Source: Rhizobium sp. Q54
GTDB lineage: Bacteria; Bacteroidota; Bacteroidia; Chitinophagales; Chitinophagaceae
Reading direction: 5' to 3'
DNA: 64,000 bases
Assembly: GCA_943368735.1 (NCBI GenBank)
Contig: CALRLQ020000012.1
Span: forward strand, 22,440-86,439
In this document: one piece after another, positions 23,141 through 33,009 of the stretch
How the letters are laid out: each line of letters starts with the position of its first letter
Position numbering within the stretch: the first letter of the stretch is position 1
The notes under the pieces: model-generated
The model's input: only the letters and a program-made list of their open reading frames with translations
What the model was told of the DNA's origin: nothing
Database searches by the model: none
Program-made: the position numbers and the translations under genes

Positions 23141-23160
23141 TTCGAAAATTAGCAAATCCA

Positions 23161-23697
23161 TTAAAACTTATTCTTCCACATCATACTTTCAACAGGTTTA
23201 TTGGGCTGCCCACTATATTTAGCATTCCCTTTTTGATTGTACTTTACTTCAATCTCGCCATCTACCGGAAAATAAATTAATTGTCCAATAGGCATTCCTT
23301 TATATACACGAACAGGTTGTTTGCAAGAAATTTCAAGAGTCCAGTTGCCACAAAAACCAACATCACCTTTACCTGCCGTTGCATGTATATCAATACCTAA
23401 ACGTCCTGTACTGCTTTTGCCTTCTAAAAAAGGGACATGAGCATGGGTTTCTGTATATTCAGCGGTAACGCCTAAATAAAATTCATGTGGTAGTAGTACA
23501 AACCCTTCTTCAGGTATTTCAAACGTTTCAATTGTATTGTGTTTTTTAGCATCCAATTCAGCATCAACATATTTGGCTAAAGTGCTGCCCAAATGCACAT
23601 CATAACTATTGCTGCCTAAATCTTCACGGTTGTAAGGAACAATTTTAATAGTTCCTTTGTCCATTTCTTCCAAAATTCTTTTGTCAGTTAAAATCAT
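23161..23697 (-). CDS. dcd: dCTP deaminase
   Basis: MILTDKRILEEM... is the canonical Dcd N-terminus, followed by the GKSSTGRLGI block. The track ORF is a TTG extension of 22 codons. Confidence 0.9.
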   Translation of the reverse strand: MILTDKRILEEMDKGTIKIVPYNREDLGSNSYDVHLGSTLAKYVDAELDAKKHNTIETFEIPEEGFVLLPHEFYLGVTAEYTETHAHVPFLEGKSSTGRLGIDIHATAGKGDVGFCGNWTLEISCKQPVRVYKGMPIGQLIYFPVDGEIEVKYNQKGNAKYSGQPNKPVESMMWKNKF

Positions 23698-23739
23698 GTT
23701 TTTTATTTTTTGGTAGTCAGCAGTAGGTTCATTATTCAA

Positions 23740-23768
23740 CACCCTCGGCGTCGCACTCTTCAAGGTTC
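23740..23768 (-). repeat. GC-rich composite motif copy A
   Basis: Minus strand reads GAACCTTGAAGAGTGCGACGCCGAGGGTG, about 45-70 nt upstream of the dcd ATG in the sense orientation. Confidence 0.45.
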
Positions 23769-23915
23769 AGTTCAATATTGAGCTATAAAACCCACCCCAT
23801 GAAAATTGTTTTCACCTTAAGTTTTTGCTGCCCCTCCCAAGAGGGGATGAACAATTCGTTGAACGAATGTGCAATATAAATCGTATTTCTGCAATCTAAA
23901 ATTTCAACATCAATT

Positions 23916-24542
23916 ATGCCTTTGTTTTATCAACAAAATATTAACGCCACTACTAGATTGGCTGTTTGGAAAATAGAAGAAACAGAGGAGTTTTTTAGTG
24001 GTACTGTTCCTTTGCAACGTACTATTGCTCATCCACACAAACAATTACAACATTTAGCTGGCCGATATCTATTGAGATTTTTATTCCCCGATTTTCCTTT
24101 TCATGCAATAGAAATTGCTACTACAAAAAAACCGTATTTACCCAACGAAGCCTATCATTTTTCAATTAGTCATTGTGGCGATTATGCTGCAGCCATTGTA
24201 AGTTCAACCAATAGAGTAGGAGTAGATGTTGAATTGGTAACAGAACGGGTAGTGAAAATTGCAAAGAAATTTTTGCATGAAGAAGAAATTTCAAATTTCA
24301 AATTTCAAATTATTGCACCAACATCAAATGAAACTATTCAGCATTTAACCTTACTATGGAGTTGTAAAGAAGCCATGTTTAAATGGTGGGGCAATGGCGA
24401 AGTAGATTTTAGTGAAATGATGCGTATTGAACCCTTTCAATTAAATCAATCAGGCACAATAGCAGCCAACTTTACTTCAACTCCATTACAGCTCAATTAT
24501 CAATTATTCGGTAAACTGTGTTTGGTTTGGGTGGTTCAATAA
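23916..24542 (+). CDS. 4'-phosphopantetheinyl transferase (Sfp-type)
   Basis: FSISHCGDYAAAIVS, VGVDVE and WSCKEAMFKWWG are the PPTase motifs. Confidence 0.8.
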   Translation: MPLFYQQNINATTRLAVWKIEETEEFFSGTVPLQRTIAHPHKQLQHLAGRYLLRFLFPDFPFHAIEIATTKKPYLPNEAYHFSISHCGDYAAAIVSSTNRVGVDVELVTERVVKIAKKFLHEEEISNFKFQIIAPTSNETIQHLTLLWSCKEAMFKWWGNGEVDFSEMMRIEPFQLNQSGTIAANFTSTPLQLNYQLFGKLCLVWVVQ

Positions 24543-24659
24543 TTAAGAATTAAAAATTAAGGATTAGTAATTACTAATTGACAGTTAAAATTAACAATTG
24601 AAAATTATTTTCAACCTTCAGCCCTAAACCCTCAACCTTCAACCTTCAACCTCATTTCC
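24541..24659. repeat. Degenerate period-7 word tract
   Basis: 17 consecutive heptads in one phase: aattaag aattaaa aattaag gattagt aattact aattgac agttaaa attaaca attgaaa attattt tcaacct tcagccc taaaccc tcaacct tcaacct tcaacct catttcc. Confidence 0.7.
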
Positions 24660-24731
24660 CTACTTAAATATTTTTCAATTATGCAACAATAGTTATATTG
24701 CACAACCTAAGCTTAACGAAAAGGAATTGCT

Positions 24732-25499
24732 ATGACATTTGTAGATCGACTGAAGCATATACGAATTGTACGATCACTGGTTTATACAGTGGTTGGTTTT
24801 ATTACTTATCCTGGCTTAACCATCTTCAATAAAATTAAAATTGAAGGCACTGAACATTTAAAAAATTTGCCCAATAGAAATGTACTTTTCGTAAGCAATC
24901 ATCAAACTTATTTTGCCGATGTAATTACGTTTATTCATATTTTTTGTGCAGTAAAATGGAGAAAAAATAATCGTTTGGGTTTACCATATTATTTACTCAA
25001 TCCGTTTACCAATTTATATTATGTAGCTGCTGAAGAAACGATGAAGGGTAGTTTTATTAGTCGTTTTTTTATTCTAGCTGGAGCATTAACTGTTAAAAGA
25101 ACCTGGCGTGCCGAAGGCAAAGAAGTACAAAGAGGTTTAGACCCAAGTGATACCAGAAAGATTAATAGAGCATTAGAAAATAGTTGGGTAGTAACTTTTC
25201 CGCAAGGCACTACCAAGCCATTTGCACCAGGGCGTAAAGGCACGGGTTTTATCATTAAGAATAATCAGCCCATTGTGATACCTGTAGTCATAAATGGCTT
25301 TTGGAGAGCTTTTAATAAAAAGGGATTGGCATTTAAAAAGAAGGGTTCTATATTAAGTGTTCGGTTTAAAGAACCTATGATTATAGATTATACACAACCT
25401 GCCGAAATAATTGTAGAGCAAGTAATGGATGCAATTGAACAAAGCAAAAAGTTTATGCTCAAAGGCAAGCATCATTTAATGAATGCGTTGGATAAATAA
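24732..25499 (+). CDS. Lysophospholipid/1-acylglycerol-3-phosphate acyltransferase family protein
   Basis: VSNHQTYFAD is an NH(x)nD motif I, with one extra residue relative to classic HX4D. FPQGTT is motif III. Confidence 0.7.
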   Translation: MTFVDRLKHIRIVRSLVYTVVGFITYPGLTIFNKIKIEGTEHLKNLPNRNVLFVSNHQTYFADVITFIHIFCAVKWRKNNRLGLPYYLLNPFTNLYYVAAEETMKGSFISRFFILAGALTVKRTWRAEGKEVQRGLDPSDTRKINRALENSWVVTFPQGTTKPFAPGRKGTGFIIKNNQPIVIPVVINGFWRAFNKKGLAFKKKGSILSVRFKEPMIIDYTQPAEIIVEQVMDAIEQSKKFMLKGKHHLMNALDK

Positions 25500-25506
25500 T
25501 AACAAT

Positions 25507-25539
25507 AAACCTATAAGGTTTTAAAAACCTTATAGGTTT
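25507..25539. terminator. Bidirectional hairpin between the convergent acyltransferase and GNAT genes
   Basis: Perfect 14-bp stem aaacctataaggtt / aaccttataggttt. Confidence 0.7.
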
Positions 25540-25564
25540 GTACAATTTCCTACAGCAAATGGCT

Positions 25565-26059
25565 TTACTCAATATCTTTTATCATCCAAATATCACAACC
25601 TGTATGGCCTGAGTTGCCTAATGGTTGAGGTAAATAGTTAAAGCCAAACGCTTCATATACTTTCACAGCTTTATTTAACTCTGGTAAGGTTTCTAAATAT
25701 ATTTTCTTGAAGCCCATTGCTTTGGCTGTTGCAATACATTGAGCAATCATTTGCTTGCCTAAACCAATATTTCTTACACTTGGATGTAAATACATTTTTA
25801 CCAATTCACATGTATCATTGGGCAAACCTTCTGTTGGAAAAATGCCTGCACCTCCTACCACTTCATTGTTTTTCAAAGCCACAAAATATTTGCTCTTTGT
25901 GTTGGCATTGAACAGTTCGAACAATGCATCGGTACTTGCATCAAAATATACAGTACCCGGTTTATTGGCATTAAATTCTTTTAATGCTGCTCTAATAATA
26001 ATGGCTATTGCTGCATTATGTTGTGGTTGAATGGGCTCAATTACTACTTCATCTATCAT
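25565..26059 (-). CDS. GNAT family N-acetyltransferase
   Basis: 164 aa with an acetyl-CoA-binding block (HPSVRNIGLGKQMI). Its ATG directly abuts the pgi stop codon. Confidence 0.8.
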   Translation of the reverse strand: MIDEVVIEPIQPQHNAAIAIIIRAALKEFNANKPGTVYFDASTDALFELFNANTKSKYFVALKNNEVVGGAGIFPTEGLPNDTCELVKMYLHPSVRNIGLGKQMIAQCIATAKAMGFKKIYLETLPELNKAVKVYEAFGFNYLPQPLGNSGHTGCDIWMIKDIE

Positions 26060-27718
26060 CTACTTTTTCAAAAATTTTTTATAGCTATTCATTAAACCGT
26101 TGGTGCTTGAATCGTGACTGTTAATGGCTTCATCATTTTCAAGTTCTGGTAAAATTTTATTGGCTAATTGTTTACCTAATTCAACACCCCATTGATCAAA
26201 GCTGAAGATGTTCCAAATAACGCCTTGCACAAAAATTTTATGTTCGTACAACGCAATCAACATTCCTAAAGTAAATGGAGTTACTTGTTTTACCAAAATG
26301 GAATTGGTAGGTTTATTGCCTTGAAAGACTTTAAACGGATATAATTTTTTTACTTCTTCATCAGTTTTGCCTGCTTTTACCAATTCGGCTTTGGCTTCCT
26401 CTTCGGTTTTGCCATTCATTAATGCCTCTGTTTGAGCAAAGAAGTTACTCATGAGTTTATTATGATGATCGCCAATGGCATTGTGTGTAATGGCTGGAGC
26501 AATAAAATCGCAAGGAATTACAATCGTGCCTTGATGAATCAATTGGTAAAACGCATGTTGACCATTGGTACCTGGTTCGCCCCAAATAACTGGTCCTGTT
26601 TTATAATCTATCGTATTGCCATTTCTATCTATACATTTCCCGTTACTCTCCATGTTTCCTTGCTGAAAGTAAGCTGCAAATCTGTGCATGTATTGATCGT
26701 AAGGTAAAATGGCTTCACTTTGTGCATCAAAAAAGTTGGTGTACCAAATGCCTAATAATGCCATTAGCACAGGAATATTTTGATTGAACTTTGCTGTTTT
26801 AAAATGTTCATCGGCTTCAAATGCTCCTTTCAATAATTGCTCAAAATTATCAAAGCCAATGGTCAATGCAATGGATAAACCAATGGCACTCCATAAACTG
26901 TAACGACCACCTACCCAATCCCAAAACTCAAACATATTTGCAGTGTCGATTCCAAATTTGGCTACTTCTTTATCATTGGTGCTCAATGCTGCAAAATGTT
27001 TAGCAATATGGGCTTCATCTTTTGCATGTTCTAAAAACCAAGCTCTAGCAGTATGAGCATTGGTCATGGTTTCTTGTGTAGTAAATGTTTTAGAAGCAAT
27101 TAAAAACAAGGTTTCTTCGGGCTTTATTTTCTTTAAAGTTTCTGCAATATGGGTTCCGTCAACATTGCTTACAAAAAAAGTTTCAATGCCTTTTTTCCAG
27201 TAAGGTTTTAGGGCTTCAGTTACCATAACAGGACCTAAATCGCTTCCCCCAATACCAATATTTACAATGTACTTTATTTTTTTACCAGTATAACCTCTCC
27301 ATTTTCCAGAATGAATATTGGCACAAAAATCTTCCATGTGTTTCAATACTTTTTTTACCAATGGCATTACATCTTTACCATCAACTAAAATAGGTGTATC
27401 AGAAAAATTTCTTAGTGCAGTGTGTAAAACTGCTCTGTGTTCAGTTTCATTAATCTTTATTCCTGCAAACAATGCATGAATAGCATCTTTCAGTTTACAA
27501 TCATCAGCTAATTGTAATAAAAGCTGTAATGTTTTATCGTTGATGATATTTTTTGAGTAGTCGAATACTAAATCATTTAAACACAAAGAAAATTTTTTGA
27601 AGCGATCTGCATCGGCTGCAAAAAGGTCTTTCATTTTCTTACGATTCATTTCTTCTTCATGGTGTTTCTTCAATAAAAACCATGCTTGGGTAGTGGTTGG
27701 ATTAACTCTTGGTAACAT
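26060..27718 (-). CDS. pgi: Glucose-6-phosphate isomerase
   Basis: 552 aa with [29 protein letters not shown] and [17 protein letters not shown]. Confidence 0.95.
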   Translation of the reverse strand: MLPRVNPTTTQAWFLLKKHHEEEMNRKKMKDLFAADADRFKKFSLCLNDLVFDYSKNIINDKTLQLLLQLADDCKLKDAIHALFAGIKINETEHRAVLHTALRNFSDTPILVDGKDVMPLVKKVLKHMEDFCANIHSGKWRGYTGKKIKYIVNIGIGGSDLGPVMVTEALKPYWKKGIETFFVSNVDGTHIAETLKKIKPEETLFLIASKTFTTQETMTNAHTARAWFLEHAKDEAHIAKHFAALSTNDKEVAKFGIDTANMFEFWDWVGGRYSLWSAIGLSIALTIGFDNFEQLLKGAFEADEHFKTAKFNQNIPVLMALLGIWYTNFFDAQSEAILPYDQYMHRFAAYFQQGNMESNGKCIDRNGNTIDYKTGPVIWGEPGTNGQHAFYQLIHQGTIVIPCDFIAPAITHNAIGDHHNKLMSNFFAQTEALMNGKTEEEAKAELVKAGKTDEEVKKLYPFKVFQGNKPTNSILVKQVTPFTLGMLIALYEHKIFVQGVIWNIFSFDQWGVELGKQLANKILPELENDEAINSHDSSTNGLMNSYKKFLKK

Positions 27719-27728
27719 ATCTATTCTT

Positions 27729-27878
27729 TAAAAACTAAAATTAAAAAAACTAAAAACTAATTTTAAAAAAACTAAAATCGAAAAGATTAAAAACTAAAAA
27801 AATAACTCAAAACTTATTACTTACAACTTACTACTTAAAACTCATAACTCATAATTCTCAACTCACAACTCACAACTC
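27729..27878. repeat. Degenerate period-7 word tract (G-poor on + strand)
   Basis: ...tcaaaac ttattac ttacaac ttactac ttaaaac tcataac tcataat tctcaac tcacaac tcacaac (27807-27876). This is preceded by (a)aaaaact-type words with occasional 8-mers. The tract overlaps the stop and last codons of ltaE. Confidence 0.7.
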
Positions 27879-28889
27879 TTTTATCACTTCAATTGTTCGT
27901 TGTACCATACTTTCAGTAATATCTAAATGCAAAACCATTCTTACATGTGTGGGGGATATTGCAAACATAAGGATATTTTGTGCTTTCATTTGCTCTACAA
28001 ATTCAATAGGGTTTAATCTACCTGCTATTTGAAAAATAATAATATTGGTATCTACAGGTAATATTTCTGTTACAATATCTTTTTTGCTCAATGCTGTAGC
28101 AATCAACTGAGCATGAGTGTGGTCTTTTGCTAAACATTCAATATTGTTATCTAATGCATAAATTCCAGCAGCTGCTAAAAAACCAGCTTGCCTCATTCCA
28201 CCACCAAAAACTTTTCTTAGTCTCCTTGCTTTTTTTATAAACGCTGTGGTACCTAATAAAACGCTCCCAACAGGTGTGCCTAAACCCTTGCTTAAACAAA
28301 TAGAAATTGAATTGAATGTATTGCCATATTGTTTAGTTGTTTCGTTGTTAGCAACAATGGCATTAAATAATCTTGCACCATCTAAGTGTAATGCCAAATT
28401 ATGTAGTGTACAAACCTCTTTTATTTTTTCTATTTCTTGAAAGTTATAGCAGCTTCCCCCAGCTCGGTTTACAGTATTTTCAAGACTTACCAATTTAGTA
28501 GTTGCTTTATGAATATCTTCTGTATTGTTAATGGCGTTTTTTACTTGCTCAGCAGTTACTCGTCCTCTATCACCTTTTAATAAATGCACACTGCAACCAC
28601 TATTAAAAGCAATGCCTCCACCTTCGTATTGATAAATATGACTTAGCTCATCACATACCACTTCATCTGCAGGTTGTGTATGTGCTTTAATAGCAATTTG
28701 ATTGGTCATTGTTCCGCTTGCACAAAACAAACCTGCTTCCATGCCAAATAGTTGTGCAGCTTTTTGTTCCAATGCATTAATAGTGGGATCTTCTCCAAAA
28801 ACATCATCACCCACTGGTGCTTGCATCATTGCTTCAAGCATCGCAGGAGTTGGTTTTGTAACGGTATCGCTTCTATAATCAATAAGCAT
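27870..28889 (-). CDS. ltaE: Low-specificity L-threonine aldolase
   Basis: [21 protein letters not shown] and SGTMTNQIA, with a PLP-lysine region (CLSKGLG). Confidence 0.88.
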   Translation of the reverse strand: MLIDYRSDTVTKPTPAMLEAMMQAPVGDDVFGEDPTINALEQKAAQLFGMEAGLFCASGTMTNQIAIKAHTQPADEVVCDELSHIYQYEGGGIAFNSGCSVHLLKGDRGRVTAEQVKNAINNTEDIHKATTKLVSLENTVNRAGGSCYNFQEIEKIKEVCTLHNLALHLDGARLFNAIVANNETTKQYGNTFNSISICLSKGLGTPVGSVLLGTTAFIKKARRLRKVFGGGMRQAGFLAAAGIYALDNNIECLAKDHTHAQLIATALSKKDIVTEILPVDTNIIIFQIAGRLNPIEFVEQMKAQNILMFAISPTHVRMVLHLDITESMVQRTIEVIKEL

Positions 28890-28893
28890 ACTA

Positions 28894-30060
28894 TTAAAAT
28901 TTATAACTGTGTTTCATAAAGTTCATATTGGGTAATAAGTTACCTGAAAAGTCAAAGTAAGCATTGTTTTCCCAACTACTTCCTTTTCCCCATCTATCTT
29001 TCATTGGCGATGTTATCCATGCTGGTTCCCAATACATAATACCATTGCCACCATTTTTAATTAAAGTTTGAATTAAATCTTGCATATACCGTTGTTGATC
29101 TTCTTTGGTAAAAGCGTATCCTTCAATAGGGGTGGTTGAATAGAATAAATTACCATAGGTATCAGCATTATCATTCGTCCAAGGAAATGCAGTTTCAACC
29201 AATACAATGGGTTTGTTGAATTTCTTTTTTAATAGTTGAACAGTATCGCCAATAGCTTGCATACTATTTACGGTACTCCATTTATAATAATGAGATATCC
29301 CAAGAATGTCAAAATCAGTTACTTTCCCTTTTGCTATTATGTTACTTGTCCACCAATTGGCATATTGTAATTGAGCAACATGAATAATTACTTTGGGCTT
29401 TATGGTAGAGGTTGACGCAAAGTCACGTACAGCTTTTATTCCACTATTCACCAATGCTCCAAAATTGTCCCAGTTATTATTGGCACTATCAATTTTTCCT
29501 ATTGGCCAAAGCATACCAAAAGTGTTTTCATTACCCACTTGAATCATTTCTGGAACTAAGTTTTTGCACTTGTAATAATTCAACGCGTTCAATGTATAAT
29601 TATACACTGAATCTTTTAAAATATTGAGAGAAAGATTTTGCCATGCAGCAGGAATTAATTGTTTATCAGGATCGGCCCAATCATCTGAATAATGCAAGTC
29701 TAAACATACAGCCATACCTTGTTCTTTGGCTCTTTGCATGGTTTTCTCTACATCAAATAAATCACTATACATTTTGCCACCTGTAACTGGTAATTGCCAA
29801 GTTGGATTATGCCAAAGCCTTACACGAACAGTGTTGGTACCTATTTTTTTGAATATGCTAAAAGCATCTTTTGGCTGATTGTTTACTTTAAAAACGCCAC
29901 CATTATTTTCAATTTGATTTACATACGATAAATCGGCTCCCATAATAAATGTATTCCAATGATAGTTACCATTTTTATCTTTAGTTGCTTTCTGTGTGGG
30001 TGAACATGAAAATAGTGTTACAGTTAGCAACACTATTCCAATGATGATATTCATTTTCAT
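28894..30060 (-). CDS. Arabinogalactan endo-beta-1,4-galactanase (GH53) lipoprotein
   Basis: GADLSYVNQIENNGGVF, VRVRLWHNP, QVGNEN (acid/base) and VLVETAFPW (nucleophile), with signal ..LFSC. Confidence 0.85.
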   Translation of the reverse strand: MKMNIIIGIVLLTVTLFSCSPTQKATKDKNGNYHWNTFIMGADLSYVNQIENNGGVFKVNNQPKDAFSIFKKIGTNTVRVRLWHNPTWQLPVTGGKMYSDLFDVEKTMQRAKEQGMAVCLDLHYSDDWADPDKQLIPAAWQNLSLNILKDSVYNYTLNALNYYKCKNLVPEMIQVGNENTFGMLWPIGKIDSANNNWDNFGALVNSGIKAVRDFASTSTIKPKVIIHVAQLQYANWWTSNIIAKGKVTDFDILGISHYYKWSTVNSMQAIGDTVQLLKKKFNKPIVLVETAFPWTNDNADTYGNLFYSTTPIEGYAFTKEDQQRYMQDLIQTLIKNGGNGIMYWEPAWITSPMKDRWGKGSSWENNAYFDFSGNLLPNMNFMKHSYKF

Positions 30061-30066
30061 GGAATA

Positions 30067-30903
30067 TTATTTTCCTTTTTGAACCAAGGGATAATGATCT
30101 ACAGTTTCAAAAACATTCCTTGGATCGGCTTTTAGTACTTCAATAAATTTTCTTAAAGAATCGGTATAAGGTTGTTTGGCAAACATTCTATCATGAGCCA
30201 AAATAACTATGCAATTGGGTTCGTAAGTATTGCCATAATCTAATTTTTCATTTACTGTGTTAGCCAATGCAACTGCACCTTGTTTGGGTTTACTGCCTCC
30301 TACAAATTCCCATTCAACATCCCAACCCAGTAAATGATAACCCAACGCATCTAATTTACCAGCAACTGCTAAAGTAGATTTCGGACCTTTAATTTGTCCG
30401 TTGTTTGCCCAAGTTGGATTGCCTGGTAAACGAATAATTTTGACAGGAATATTCAATTCTTTTTCGGCACGAATAAAATCACTTACAGCACTATCACTTT
30501 GGGAATAAAAGCTTTGGTACTTATTTTGAAAACCATGAGTGTAACTATGATTGGCCAATAAAAATTTAGGATAAGCATTACGTATCGAATCTACAAAATA
30601 CCTTCTTCTATTATCTGTTTGATGCATACCTACCATAAAAAATGTAGCTTTAACATCCATTTCTTCAAATACTTTTTTACAAATATTGCTGCCAGGAGGT
30701 TGAGGGGCATCGTCCCAAGTTAAGAATATATAACGCTTGCTACTATCGTACTTAATTGGAGTGCCAGGTACTGCTTTTTTTTCAACTACAACTGTAGAGT
30801 CTTTTTTAACTTCTTTTTCTTTGCCATTATTGCAACTTGTTGAGGTTGTAATAACCAAAGCTGTAGCTGCAATTAAAACGCTTGATTTTATTAGGTAATT
30901 CAT
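30067..30903 (-). CDS. Polysaccharide deacetylase (CE4) family protein
   Basis: LTWDDAP (the TFDDGP-type motif) and ANHSYTHG (H-S-x-x-H). 6-nt gap to the GH53 gene. Confidence 0.8.
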   Translation of the reverse strand: MNYLIKSSVLIAATALVITTSTSCNNGKEKEVKKDSTVVVEKKAVPGTPIKYDSSKRYIFLTWDDAPQPPGSNICKKVFEEMDVKATFFMVGMHQTDNRRRYFVDSIRNAYPKFLLANHSYTHGFQNKYQSFYSQSDSAVSDFIRAEKELNIPVKIIRLPGNPTWANNGQIKGPKSTLAVAGKLDALGYHLLGWDVEWEFVGGSKPKQGAVALANTVNEKLDYGNTYEPNCIVILAHDRMFAKQPYTDSLRKFIEVLKADPRNVFETVDHYPLVQKGK

Positions 30904-31097
30904 ATTTAATAGATTGTGGGTTCAAATATAAAGGTGGAGTAAGTACATGATTAATCAAAACTTATTCTTTTGATGTGTATAAGAAAATTTTAACGCTATA
31001 TACTGCTTTAAATACCAATGAAATAGCAGATATATACGTTTTTGTTAACTAAACATTTATCTGCAATATTTTAAAATTATCATCTTGCTATTCTTGT

Positions 31098-31105
31098 TAT
31101 TTTTG
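31098..31105 (+). promoter_or_regulatory. -7 box candidate (TAnnTTTG) for glnS
   Basis: TATTTTTG, 20 nt upstream of the ATG at 31126. Confidence 0.35.
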
Positions 31106-31125
31106 CAGCCCAGAAAAAAAAGAAT

Positions 31126-32787
31126 ATGAGCGAAGAAAAGAGCCTGAATTTTATTGAAGAAATAATTGAAAATGATTTGGCAAATGGTAAACATGTATCT
31201 ATTACTACACGTTTTCCTCCTGAACCCAATGGCTATTTGCATATTGGTCATGCAAAAAGTATTTGTTTAAATTTCGGATTAACCAATAAATATGGTGGAA
31301 AAACCAATTTACGTTTCGATGATACCAACCCAACAACAGAAGAAACTGAATATGTAGAAAGCATAAAAGCCGATGTACATTGGTTAGGCTTTAATTGGTC
31401 TAACGAACTCTATGCATCTGATTATTTTGATACGTTGTATGGCTTTGCAGTTAAATTAATTGAGAAAGGGTTGGCTTATATAGATGATAGTACAAGTGAA
31501 GAAATTGCAACACAAAAAGGCACACCCACCACTCCTGGAACAAGAAATAAATTTGCAGAAAGAACAGTTGGCGAAAACATGCAATTGTTTACTGAAATGC
31601 GTGAAGGAAAATATGCCGATGGTGAAAAAGTATTGAGGGCTAAAGTAGATATGAGTAGCCCCAATATGCACATGAGAGATCCAATTATTTACAGAATAAA
31701 GCATGCTCATCATCACAGAACAGGTGATAAATGGTGTGTATATCCAATGTACGATTTTGCACACGGACAAAGCGATTCAATTGAAAATATTACCCATTCT
31801 ATTTGTACATTAGAGTTTATTCCTCACCGTGAGTTGTACAACTGGTTTATAGAACAATTAGAAATTTTTCCTTCTAAACAATATGAATTTGCACGTTTAA
31901 ACATGACGTACACCGTTATGAGTAAACGTAAGCTGTTACAATTAGTAAACGAAAAGCATGTAACTGGTTGGGACGATCCTCGTATGCCTACAATTACAGG
32001 CATGCGTCGTCGTGGTTATGGGGCAGCAGCTATTAGAGAATTTTGCGATAAAATTGGGGTTGCCAAAAGAGAGAATTTAATTGATATTGGCTTACTGGAG
32101 TTTTGTGTAAGAGAAGAATTGAATAAGTCTGCTTTGCGTAGAATGGTTGTCTTCGATCCATTAAAAGTTATCATAACCAACTATGATAAAGGCAATGAAA
32201 TATTAAGCATTGAAAACAATCCAGAAGACGAAAATGTAACATATAGAGACGTTCCTTTCAGCAATGAAATCTATATTGAAAGAGATGATTTTATGGAAGT
32301 TCCTCCAAAAAAATTCTTTAGATTATTTCCAGGTGGAATGGTTCGTTTAAAAGGAGCTTACATTATTAAATGCGATGAAGTTGTAAAGGATGACGCAGGT
32401 GTTGTTACAGCTTTAAAATGTTCTTACATCCCTGAAAGTAAAAGTGGTAGCGATACTAGTGGTATTTCAGTAAAGGGAACTTTGCATTGGGTGAGTGTTG
32501 CACAAGCAGTAAGTGCTGAGGTGAGAGAATATGATCGTTTATTTAAGTATGAAAATTTAGCTGAAGCAGAGGGTGATTTTAAAGACCATATCAATGTAGA
32601 CTCTTTAAAAATTATTCCTCAAGTATTTGCAGAGCCTGCATTAGCTGAAACCAATTTCGACAATCGATATCAGTTTTTGCGTAAAGGATATTTTTGTTTA
32701 GACAAAGAAAGCACTGCCGATAAAATGGTATTTAATAGAACAGTTACTTTGAAAGATACCTGGGCGAAGGAAGTGAAGAAAAATTGA
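31126..32787 (+). CDS. glnS: Glutaminyl-tRNA synthetase
   Basis: PEPNGYLHIGHAK (HIGH) and VMSKRK (KMSKS), 553 aa. Confidence 0.95.
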   Translation: MSEEKSLNFIEEIIENDLANGKHVSITTRFPPEPNGYLHIGHAKSICLNFGLTNKYGGKTNLRFDDTNPTTEETEYVESIKADVHWLGFNWSNELYASDYFDTLYGFAVKLIEKGLAYIDDSTSEEIATQKGTPTTPGTRNKFAERTVGENMQLFTEMREGKYADGEKVLRAKVDMSSPNMHMRDPIIYRIKHAHHHRTGDKWCVYPMYDFAHGQSDSIENITHSICTLEFIPHRELYNWFIEQLEIFPSKQYEFARLNMTYTVMSKRKLLQLVNEKHVTGWDDPRMPTITGMRRRGYGAAAIREFCDKIGVAKRENLIDIGLLEFCVREELNKSALRRMVVFDPLKVIITNYDKGNEILSIENNPEDENVTYRDVPFSNEIYIERDDFMEVPPKKFFRLFPGGMVRLKGAYIIKCDEVVKDDAGVVTALKCSYIPESKSGSDTSGISVKGTLHWVSVAQAVSAEVREYDRLFKYENLAEAEGDFKDHINVDSLKIIPQVFAEPALAETNFDNRYQFLRKGYFCLDKESTADKMVFNRTVTLKDTWAKEVKKN

Positions 32788-32860
32788 TGATTCCTAATTT
32801 GAAATTTCTGATTATTGAAGCGTAGATTTTTTTGTGACGAACTGTAGAATATATATTTAG

Positions 32861-32900
32861 CTGTAGTTGCGTCGCACAGCCGATTGCTATCGGCTTCAAC
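32861..32900 (-). repeat. GC-rich composite motif copy D
   Basis: Minus strand reads GTTGAAGCCGATAGCAATCGGCTGTGCGACGCAACTACAG, containing an extra 6-bp hairpin (gccgat..atcggc). Confidence 0.45.
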
Positions 32901-32928
32901 TGATGAATAATAATGAACAGCATTTACT

Positions 32929-32962
32929 AAAGAGGAAAGGCTCACTAAAGTCTTTCCTCTTT
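32929..32962 (+). terminator. glnS terminator candidate
   Basis: 11-bp stem aaagaggaaag / ctttcctcttt with a 12-nt loop and a T-rich tail. Confidence 0.6.
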
Positions 32963-33009
32963 GTTTACTTTGTTTTCTTTGTGAACTTCGTGTGAAATAA
33001 AAATTACCA

